This document shows, in pieces, positions 1 through 5,214 of a stretch of 5,214 nt of DNA (position 1 is the first letter of the stretch; each line of letters starts with the position of its first letter). The notes below the pieces were generated by a model, which was not told the origin of the DNA, did not search any database, and saw only the letters and a list, made by a program, of their open reading frames with translations. The DNA is taken from IMG/VR virus record IMGVR_UViG_2778261572_000007. One strand, 5' to 3'. The stretch is from a virus. Lineage: Duplodnaviria > Heunggongvirae > Uroviricota > Caudoviricetes. Made by a program: the position numbers and the translations under genes.

Positions 1-16
1 TGGAGGATGTTTTACG

Positions 17-100
17 GTGACCTGGCCTGAAGCATTCACAACGGTAGGAATTGCACTGGCGGTGGCGCTGGTTGTGTATTCGATTTGCCGCTGGGGATAA
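17..100 (+). CDS. Candidate small hydrophobic peptide (27 aa, VTWPEAFTTVGIALAVALVVYSICRWG), or alternatively the C-terminal tail of a longer gene entering from upstream of the window
   Basis: GGAGG at 2-6, then GTG at 17 (10-nt spacer), open to TAA at 98-100. The product is essentially one transmembrane-like helix. A hairpin terminator follows directly (106-138). The same frame is open back to the window edge, so a longer upstream gene cannot be excluded. A second frame (ATG 7 to TGA 28-30) could equally be the tail of an upstream gene overlapping this start. Confidence 0.3.
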   Translation: MTWPEAFTTVGIALAVALVVYSICRWG

Positions 101-105
101 CAAAC

Positions 106-138
106 AAAAACCCCGGATTGATGGTCCGGGGTTTTGTT
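106..138. terminator. Bidirectional rho-independent terminator
   Basis: 7-bp GC-rich stem CCCCGGA (111-117) / TCCGGGG (125-131) with a 7-nt loop, flanked by AAAAA (106-110) and TTTTGTT (132-138). It therefore gives a U-tract for transcripts from either strand: the plus-strand ORF ending at 100 and the minus-strand antitoxin gene ending at 157. Confidence 0.6.
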
Positions 139-156
139 ATTCATGGTGAATTTTTA

Positions 157-474
157 TTAACAGATTGACTGAATTCCGTTTTTCTCAACCACAGAAAGCA
201 AACGAAGGGCAGGGCCACCAGGGCGCTTTATTCCCCTTTCCCAGTCTGAAATGAGGTTTTTACTGACATTAAGATATCTGGCGAAAACAGGTTGAGACAG
301 ATGCTCGCGCTCGCGAAGTGCCCGGATTCTTTCTGGCGACATTGTTGGCGCTGGTTGCAGACAAAGTTCATCAAACTCTCTCATAGTTTGTTTTGTTACT
401 GCGCCAATATCCTGAAGTGACTCCATCATTTCATGTACGGATGCAAGCGCATCACTGCGGTAATTTTTACTCAT
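157..474 (-). CDS. XRE-family helix-turn-helix antitoxin / transcriptional regulator (105 aa)
   Basis: Complete minus-strand ORF. The C-terminal half (LSQPVFARYLNVSKNLISDWERGIKRPGGPALRLL) looks like an XRE-type HTH. Its start ATG (474-472) overlaps the stop of the upstream toxin-like ORF in an ATGAGTAA junction. A GGAGG Shine-Dalgarno lies 6 nt upstream, inside the toxin 3' end. Family assignment is from recalled motifs, not a search. Confidence 0.8.
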   Translation of the reverse strand: MSKNYRSDALASVHEMMESLQDIGAVTKQTMREFDELCLQPAPTMSPERIRALREREHLSQPVFARYLNVSKNLISDWERGIKRPGGPALRLLSVVEKNGIQSIC

Positions 475-838
475 TGGGTACCTCCGTAAACTGACCCTGC
501 AGGATCAATTGCGCCAGTTGTTCATCAGTAAGATTGAGAACGTGATGCGCAGCTTTTCGAAATGCATTTTCCTCGATGGCTGTAATATTTTCTCTCTCAT
601 TCTTTGCGTACGCATAGATGAAAAAAGCCTTTTCTGCGACGCGGTAAAAAATTATTGTCCTATAACCGCCTGATTTACCGCCACCTCTTCGGGCTAATCG
701 CTGCTTAATGACACCACTACCCAAATCTGCGGATATGAGTCCCTTATCAGCTAGTTCCACGACTTCTCGCAGAGCTTTATCGGAAATCCGATTTTTTCGT
801 GCGAAGCGTTCAAACCAGGCATTTTTGAAAATGCGCAT
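467..838 (-). CDS. RelE/ParE-superfamily-like toxin (123 aa; HigB-like toxin-first arrangement)
   Basis: Minus-strand ORF from ATG 838-836 to TAA 469-467. The segment GGGKSGGYRTIIFYRV...FFIYAYAKNERENI resembles the core of RelE/ParE-fold toxins that pair with HTH antitoxins. The longer 171-aa ORF in the track starts inside the AT-rich intergenic region and has an implausible Cys/Tyr-rich N-terminus, so the ATG at 838 (or 850) is preferred. The start is uncertain by a few codons. Confidence 0.7.
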   Translation of the reverse strand: MRIFKNAWFERFARKNRISDKALREVVELADKGLISADLGSGVIKQRLARRGGGKSGGYRTIIFYRVAEKAFFIYAYAKNERENITAIEENAFRKAAHHVLNLTDEQLAQLILQGQFTEVPNE

Positions 839-1079
839 GTTTGGTTCCATATCGTTGTGTAATACATAGTGTGACACAATTAAATAGGATGGGCAATATA
901 CATACAGGGGGCTTGCTAAGGGATGGCAGCTCAAAAAACACTCTATTTTTAGAGTATACAAATGACAGAAAGAAAAAGTCATTGTTTTTTCTCATGAAAT
1001 ACGCATTTTTTGGGAGTGAAATCGTTATTTGTAGTGGATATATTCCAGCCATGTTTTATCCAATACCAGAGGTTTTACA
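839..1079. promoter_or_regulatory. AT-rich divergent intergenic region with candidate operator inverted repeats; exact promoters not resolved
   Basis: 241 bp between the minus-strand toxin start (838) and the plus-strand ORF at 1080. Inverted repeat TTGTGT (855-860) - N13 - ACACAA (874-879) sits just upstream of the toxin start. A perfect 6-bp inverted repeat ACTCTA (940-945) - TTTT - TAGAGT (950-955) lies mid-region. No clean sigma70 -35/-10 pair could be assigned by eye. Confidence 0.3.
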
Positions 1080-1292
1080 ATGCAGAAGTTGATCGCCGCG
1101 AATTGTAAGTACGCAGTTATTCGTTGTGACGATATGTCGGTTGTAGCTGAAATGGATTGTTTTCCGGATGGGGCCAGGGCTGTATGGCATCGAAAAGGGG
1201 GCATACTTAGGGTAAGAGCTTTGCGGCCTGATGAGCGAATTGTATCGAAAACAGTGCTCAGGGAGATCGTGTATCAGTTTATGCGGACTTGA
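1080..1292 (+). CDS. Hypothetical protein (70 aa)
   Basis: ATG at 1080 preceded by AGAGG (1068-1072) with a 7-nt spacer. It is the first plus-strand ORF after the divergent intergenic region. No motif recognised. Confidence 0.5.
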   Translation: MQKLIAANCKYAVIRCDDMSVVAEMDCFPDGARAVWHRKGGILRVRALRPDERIVSKTVLREIVYQFMRT

Positions 1293-1356
1293 ACAAGTTG
1301 CATGTATCAACAATAATGCCAACCAAAATGGCTGAACACCATTTTACCTGACAAAG

Positions 1357-1650
1357 ATGCGCCAGCAGAGAAAACAGATGGCGCACAAGACCAAATTACA
1401 CAATTCTGATACCGTTCGTGCCAGCAGGCGCGGGCGGCGTTCTCACGCATTCAAATCTGACTGGTTCCAGCATGATTCATGCACTGAAGAACAGGCCGAA
1501 TGGCTGATTCAGAACTACCGCAGACGTGGTTACGAGTTTCAGAAAGACCTCAGCCTCGACTTCCGACACTGGATAATCTCCGTCAGGCTTCCTTACTCTG
1601 AACGCCCACCGCGTCCGTCTCGCACATTCCAGCAACGCATCTGGAGGTAA
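1357..1650 (+). CDS. Hypothetical basic protein (97 aa), translationally coupled to the downstream gene
   Basis: Arg/Lys-rich N-terminus (MRQQRKQMAHKTKL...RRGRRSH). Its TAA (1648-1650) sits 1 nt before the GTG start of the next ORF and immediately follows that gene's GGAGG. The start is uncertain: ATG 1357 has no clear SD, and ATG 1378 is an alternative. Confidence 0.5.
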   Translation: MRQQRKQMAHKTKLHNSDTVRASRRGRRSHAFKSDWFQHDSCTEEQAEWLIQNYRRRGYEFQKDLSLDFRHWIISVRLPYSERPPRPSRTFQQRIWR

Positions 1651-1651
1651 C

Positions 1652-2701
1652 GTGCGGGTATTACTTCGACCTGTTCCGGTACCGGAACTCGGGCTGGTGG
1701 TCCTTAAGCCTGGTCGTGAATCCATGCAGGTATTTCATAACCCTCGAGTGCTGGTGGAGCCGGAACCGAAAAGCATGCGCGGTCTGCCGTCCGGAGTCGT
1801 TCCTGCCATTCGCCAGCCGCTGGCGGAAGACAAAACATTGCTGCCGTTTTTCAGTAACGAACGGGTGATTCGTGCTGCTGGCGGCGCTGGTGCACTTTCT
1901 GACTGGCTGTTGCGTCATGTCAAATCCTGCCAGTGGCCTCATGGCGACTATCACCACAGCGAAACCGTCATACATCGTTACGGTACCGTCGCGATGGTGT
2001 TGTGCTGGCACTGCGACAACCAGCTGCGCGACCAGACCTCCGAGTCACTCGGGCAACTTGCTCATCAAAACCTGTCTGCATGGATGATTGACGTCATTCG
2101 TCACGCAATGAATGGCACACAGGAGCGGGAATTATCTCTGGCTGAATTATCCTGGTGGGCGGTCCGCAATCAGGTGGCGGACGCGCTACCGGAAGCGGTA
2201 TTACGTCGTTCGCTGGGGGTGCGTGCGGAAAAAATCCGCTCAATGTACCGTGAAAGCGACATCGTACCGGGAGAGCAGACCGCCACCAGCATACTGAAAC
2301 AGCGCACAAAAAATCTTGCGCCGCTGCCTCACGCCCACCAGCAACAGAACCCACCACAGGAAAAGACGGTGGTCAGCATTGCCGTTGATCCTGAGTCTCC
2401 GGAATCTTTCATGAAACGACCTAAACGTCGCCGCTGGGTTAACGAGAAATACACACGCTGGGTTAAGACACAGCCGTGTGCGTGTTGTGGTAAGCCAGCC
2501 GACGATCCCCATCACCTGATTGGTCATGGTCAGGGCGGAATGGGGACAAAATCTCACGATATTTTCACGCTACCGCTGTGTCGGGAGCATCACAACGAGC
2601 TTCATGCGGATCCTCTGGCGTTCGAAGAAAAGCATGGTTCTCAGGTTGATTTAATTTTTCGTTTTCTTGATCACGCCTTTGCAACTGGCGTGCTTGGGTA
2701 A
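1652..2701 (+). CDS. Prophage protein of unknown function with a C-terminal Cys/His (HNH-like, probable zinc-binding) cluster; recalled as resembling DUF968 / YdfU-like prophage proteins (349 aa)
   Basis: 1050-nt ORF starting at GTG 1652 with GGAGG at 1643-1647. The C-terminus carries CACCGKPADDPHHLIGHG...LPLCREHHNELH. It sits directly upstream of rusA and Q, a position where lambdoid prophages carry nin-type accessory genes. The family name is from memory and is not verified. Confidence 0.75.
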   Translation: MRVLLRPVPVPELGLVVLKPGRESMQVFHNPRVLVEPEPKSMRGLPSGVVPAIRQPLAEDKTLLPFFSNERVIRAAGGAGALSDWLLRHVKSCQWPHGDYHHSETVIHRYGTVAMVLCWHCDNQLRDQTSESLGQLAHQNLSAWMIDVIRHAMNGTQERELSLAELSWWAVRNQVADALPEAVLRRSLGVRAEKIRSMYRESDIVPGEQTATSILKQRTKNLAPLPHAHQQQNPPQEKTVVSIAVDPESPESFMKRPKRRRWVNEKYTRWVKTQPCACCGKPADDPHHLIGHGQGGMGTKSHDIFTLPLCREHHNELHADPLAFEEKHGSQVDLIFRFLDHAFATGVLG

Positions 2702-2713
2702 AAGAGGTGACTG

Positions 2714-3070
2714 ATGCTCATAGATTTGGTTTTACCTTACCCGCCGACGGTGAACACTTACTGGCGACGCCGTGGCAGCACATATTTTATCTCGGATGAG
2801 GGAAAGCGTTATCGCCGGGCTGTGGCGCTTATTGTTCGCCAGCAGCGGCTGAAATTAAGCCTGTCCGGAAGGCTGGCGATAAAGGTGATTGCAGAGCCAC
2901 CGGATAAGCGTCGTCGCGACCTGGACAATATCCTGAAAGCACCGCTGGATGCGCTGACGCATGCGGGAGTGTTAATGGACGATGAGCAGTTTGATGAAAT
3001 CAATATCGTTCGTGGTCAGCCAGTATCTGGTGGACGTCTGGGGGTGAAGATTTACCCCATAATGCATTAA
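2714..3070 (+). CDS. rusA: Crossover junction endodeoxyribonuclease RusA (Holliday-junction resolvase), 118 aa
   Basis: Size and motifs match RusA: N-terminal LPYPPTVNTYWRRRG and the acidic catalytic region RRRDLDNILKAPLDALTHAGVLMDDEQ. SD AGAGGTG lies upstream of ATG 2714. The position immediately upstream of Q is typical of lambdoid phages that carry rusA instead of ninG/rap. Confidence 0.9.
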   Translation: MLIDLVLPYPPTVNTYWRRRGSTYFISDEGKRYRRAVALIVRQQRLKLSLSGRLAIKVIAEPPDKRRRDLDNILKAPLDALTHAGVLMDDEQFDEINIVRGQPVSGGRLGVKIYPIMH

Positions 3071-3084
3071 GAGCAGGTCAAAAA

Positions 3085-3906
3085 ATGAAACTGGAAGATT
3101 TACCGAAATACTACTCCCCAAAATCACCTTGCCTGACCGATGCATCGGCCTCAACGTCAAAAGATGCGCTGAGTATCACTGATGTGATGGCCGCGCAGGG
3201 CATGACACAGAATCGGGCTGAGATGGGGTTTTCTGCGTTCCTGGGGAAAATGGGCATCAGTATGAATGACAGGGCGCGGGCAACAGAATTACTGGCAGAT
3301 TATGCACTCAGTCGGTGCGATCGTGTGGCGGCGTTGAGAAAACTTCCGGCAGAAATAAAACCGTTAGTGATGCGCATTATGGCTTCGTACGCTTTTGAGG
3401 ATTATGCCCGCAGCGCAGCGAGTAAAAAGCAGTGCCCTTGTTGCTATGGGGAAAAATTTATTGAAAGCGTAGTTTTTACAAACAAGGTCCAGTATCCGGA
3501 TGGTAAGCCGCCGGTATGGGCAAAGTGTACGAAAGGTGTGTATCCGTCTTACTGGGAAGAATGGAAAAAAGTCAGGGAGGTGGTAAAAGTTGCCTGTCCG
3601 GAGTGTGGCGGAAAGGGTGAGGTTTCCACCGCCTGTAAGGATTGCCGTGGGCGTGGTGTCGCCATTCATCGTGAAGAGTCGGTAAAACGTGGTATGCCTG
3701 TTATCAGAGACTGCCGGCGTTGTGGCGGTCGTGGCTATGAAAGACTGCCATCAACGGAGGCATTTAATGCCATATGCAAAGTGACGAGCGCTATCACGCT
3801 TGATACATGGAAAAAATCAGTGAAACGCTTTTACGATACGTTGGTGGTTCGGTTTGACATTGAAGAGGCATGGGCGGAGCGGCAGTTAAAGAGAGTAACG
3901 CGATAG
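3085..3906 (+). CDS. Q: Late-gene antitermination protein Q-like (273 aa) with four CxxCxGxG zinc-finger-type repeats
   Basis: Called mainly on position: directly after rusA and directly before a P_R'-like promoter and tR'-like terminator. Contains CPCCYGEK, CPECGGKG, CKDCRGRG and CRRCGGRG repeats. Assignment to a specific Q family is not verified. Confidence 0.75.
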   Translation: MKLEDLPKYYSPKSPCLTDASASTSKDALSITDVMAAQGMTQNRAEMGFSAFLGKMGISMNDRARATELLADYALSRCDRVAALRKLPAEIKPLVMRIMASYAFEDYARSAASKKQCPCCYGEKFIESVVFTNKVQYPDGKPPVWAKCTKGVYPSYWEEWKKVREVVKVACPECGGKGEVSTACKDCRGRGVAIHREESVKRGMPVIRDCRRCGGRGYERLPSTEAFNAICKVTSAITLDTWKKSVKRFYDTLVVRFDIEEAWAERQLKRVTR

Positions 3907-3911
3907 TGTTG

Positions 3912-3939
3912 TTGATTTTTCCCGAATCTGTGGTAAATT
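3912..3939 (+). promoter_or_regulatory. P_R'-like late promoter (-35 TTGATT, 16-nt spacer, -10 TAAATT with upstream TGg extended -10-like context); a qut-like site is expected to overlap
   Basis: TTGATT at 3912-3917 and TAAATT at 3934-3939, 6-8 nt after the Q stop (3904-3906). Lambda P_R' also uses a TAAATT -10. A small hairpin CGCCC(3941-3945)/GGGCG(3952-3956) plus T-run sits in the predicted initial transcribed region. The predicted start is near 3946. Confidence 0.5.
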
Positions 3940-4115
3940 CGCCCTAACGATGGGCGTTTTATGCCTGACGTTAGAAGAATTTTTACAACTCGCCCTGATG
4001 GGACTTGTGAGACTTCCGGGCAGGAAGCCAGGAGTAGCGATAAGGCGATGGCAAGCCTGCTGCCCCTGTGTAAAAGGCACCTTAATGGTGCCTTTGTCGT
4101 TTTTATCAAAAGATC

Positions 4116-4137
4116 CCCGCCACTGGCGGGTTTTTTT
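4116..4137 (+). terminator. Rho-independent terminator, tR'-like
   Basis: GC stem CCCGCC (4116-4121) / GGCGGG (4125-4130) with a 3-nt loop, followed by seven T (4131-4137). It lies about 190 nt downstream of the predicted P_R' start, matching the lambda P_R'-6S RNA-tR' architecture. Confidence 0.65.
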
Positions 4138-4265
4138 ATGCCTGAAAAGTGGCGCAGGACGTTAAGTGCACTTGCAAAGAGCAGATGGTTGCACAATTAG
4201 CTAAGGCGGCTGATTCTGAATGCATATTATTCCCGCTGGCTGTCGTTACGGATGTGGCAATAAAA

Positions 4266-4342
4266 CCGTCGCTAGCTCATCCGGATAGAGCATCAGCCTT
4301 CGAAGTTGATGGCGCGGGGTTCGAGTCCCCGGTGACGGTCCA
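4266..4342 (+). tRNA. tRNA-Arg, anticodon TCG (UCG), 77 nt with encoded CCA
   Basis: Manual cloverleaf: acceptor CCGTCGC / GTGACGG (7 bp, one G-U); D-arm GCTC-ATCCGGATA-GAGC; anticodon arm TCAGC-CTTCGAA-GTTGA (anticodon positions 34-36 = TCG); variable loop TGGCG; T-arm CGGGG-TTCGAGT-CCCCG; discriminator T then CCA. Confidence 0.75.
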
Positions 4343-4344
4343 TT

Positions 4345-4856
<512 letters not shown>

Positions 4857-4874
4857 ATTTTATAACCCAGAACG

Positions 4875-4898
4875 GGCGTCAGAAATGACGCCTTTTTT
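4875..4898 (+). terminator. Rho-independent terminator (GAAA tetraloop hairpin plus T6)
   Basis: GGCGTCA (4875-4881) - GAAA - TGACGCC (4886-4892), then TTTTTT (4893-4898). It lies 19 nt after the stop of the 4548..4856 ORF and upstream of the Lom-like gene. Confidence 0.7.
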
Positions 4899-4922
4899 AT
4901 TGCAGAAAAGCGAGAGGTAATT

Positions 4923-5214
4923 ATGCGTAAACTTTATGCCGCCATTTTGTCCGCAGCCATTTGTCTGGCCGTATCCGGTGCGCCTGCATGGGCGTCTGAA
5001 CATCAGTCTACGCTGAGCGCGGGGTATCTTCATGCCCGGACGAACGTTCCCGGCAGTGATGATCTGAACGGGATTAACGTGAAATACCGTTATGAGTTTA
5101 CGGACACACTGGGGATGGTGACGTCGTTCAGCTATGCAGGAGACAAGAATCGCCAGATTACCCGTTACAGCGATACCCGCTGGCATGAAGATTCCGTGCG
5201 TAACCGCTGGTTCA
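4923..5214 (+). CDS. Lom/Ail/PagC/OmpX-family outer-membrane protein, 5' part only (continues beyond the window end)
   Basis: ATG 4923 with GAGAGG SD (4912-4917, 5-nt spacer). N-terminal signal peptide [24 protein letters not shown] with an AWA|S cleavage site. The mature N-terminus [10 protein letters not shown]...[28 protein letters not shown] matches the first beta-strands of the Ail/Lom family (the G-x-N-V-K-Y-R-Y-E signature). No stop codon before 5214. It is absent from the ORF track only because it is unterminated. Confidence 0.85.
   Translation, partial: MRKLYAAILSAAICLAVSGAPAWASEHQSTLSAGYLHARTNVPGSDDLNGINVKYRYEFTDTLGMVTSFSYAGDKNRQITRYSDTRWHEDSVRNRWF

Noticed and set aside
467-982. 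Full 171-aa version of the toxin ORF as given in the track
   Set aside because: The extra 48 N-terminal codons run through the AT-rich intergenic region and encode an implausible Cys/Tyr/His-rich segment. The internal ATG at 838 gives a size typical of RelE/ParE-like toxins, so the long form is taken as an over-extension.
841-1092. 83-aa plus-strand ORF and the overlapping 80-aa minus-strand ORF (810..1052) in the AT-rich intergenic region
   Set aside because: Both lie within the AT-rich divergent control region, have low-complexity Phe/Lys-rich translations and no convincing Shine-Dalgarno. The plus-strand ORF also overlaps the well-supported start of the 1080 ORF out of frame. Most likely chance ORFs in AT-rich DNA.
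1477-2557. Minus-strand ORFs antisense to the 97-aa and 349-aa genes (1477..1725, 1661..2011, 2094..2357, 2240..2557) and small plus-strand ORFs inside the 349-aa gene (1872..2087, 2112..2297)
   Set aside because: All are embedded in, or antisense to, a long ORF with coherent coupling signals. Their translations are Arg/Pro/Cys-rich, as expected from out-of-frame reading of GC-rich coding sequence.
2809-3669. Minus-strand ORFs antisense to rusA and Q (2809..3003, 2972..3160, 3364..3669)
   Set aside because: Antisense to two confidently called genes and with no start signals; treated as spurious.
3831-4200. ORFs across the P_R'-tR' region (3950..4165 +, 3961..4200 +, 3831..4196 -, 3886..4080 -)
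   Set aside because: They span the predicted promoter, short leader transcript and terminator hairpin, and have no ribosome-binding sites. The region is better explained as a non-coding late-promoter/terminator unit.
4141-4265. Possible third tRNA (for example an Ile/Met type) upstream of tRNA-Arg, as seen in some lambdoid tRNA clusters
   Set aside because: No T-loop-like TTCRANT motif or pairable acceptor/D-arm arrangement could be found by eye in this interval, and no convincing sigma70 promoter either. Software confirmation is still advisable.
4860-5186. 108-aa minus-strand ORF
   Set aside because: Antisense to the Lom/Ail-family gene, whose signal peptide and family motifs are unambiguous on the plus strand.

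Overview
This window reads as part of a lambdoid (lambda-like) prophage in an enterobacterial host, running from the accessory ('nin'-type) region through the late-gene antiterminator into the start of the late operon. Nothing here was searched against a database; all calls rest on reading the sequence and on recalled family signatures. Left to right: (1) a 27-codon hydrophobic ORF or the C-terminal tail of a gene entering from upstream, followed by a bidirectional hairpin terminator; (2) a minus-strand toxin-antitoxin pair, with a RelE/ParE-like toxin upstream of an XRE-type HTH antitoxin and overlapping it by 8 nt; (3) a 241-bp AT-rich divergent intergenic region with two inverted repeats; (4) a plus-strand gene string: 70-aa ORF, 97-aa basic ORF coupled to a 349-aa protein with a C-terminal Cys/His cluster, a RusA-type Holliday-junction resolvase, and a 273-aa Q-type antiterminator with four CxxCxGxG repeats; (5) a P_R'-like promoter (TTGATT-16-TAAATT) and a strong terminator about 190 nt downstream, matching the lambda late-promoter/tR' layout; (6) a well-folding tRNA-Arg (anticodon TCG) and, 2 nt later, a tRNA-Thr(TGT)-like sequence that loses its 3' acceptor strand; (7) a start-less coding remnant, a GAAA-tetraloop terminator, and the 5' part of a Lom/Ail/PagC-family outer-membrane protein gene running off the window. 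No CRISPR array, rRNA or recognisable IS/transposase was seen. The items most worth follow-up are the toxin-antitoxin module, the apparent breakpoint inside the tRNA-Thr-like sequence, and the Lom-like gene in an unusual position. I do not see evidence for a wholly undescribed system.
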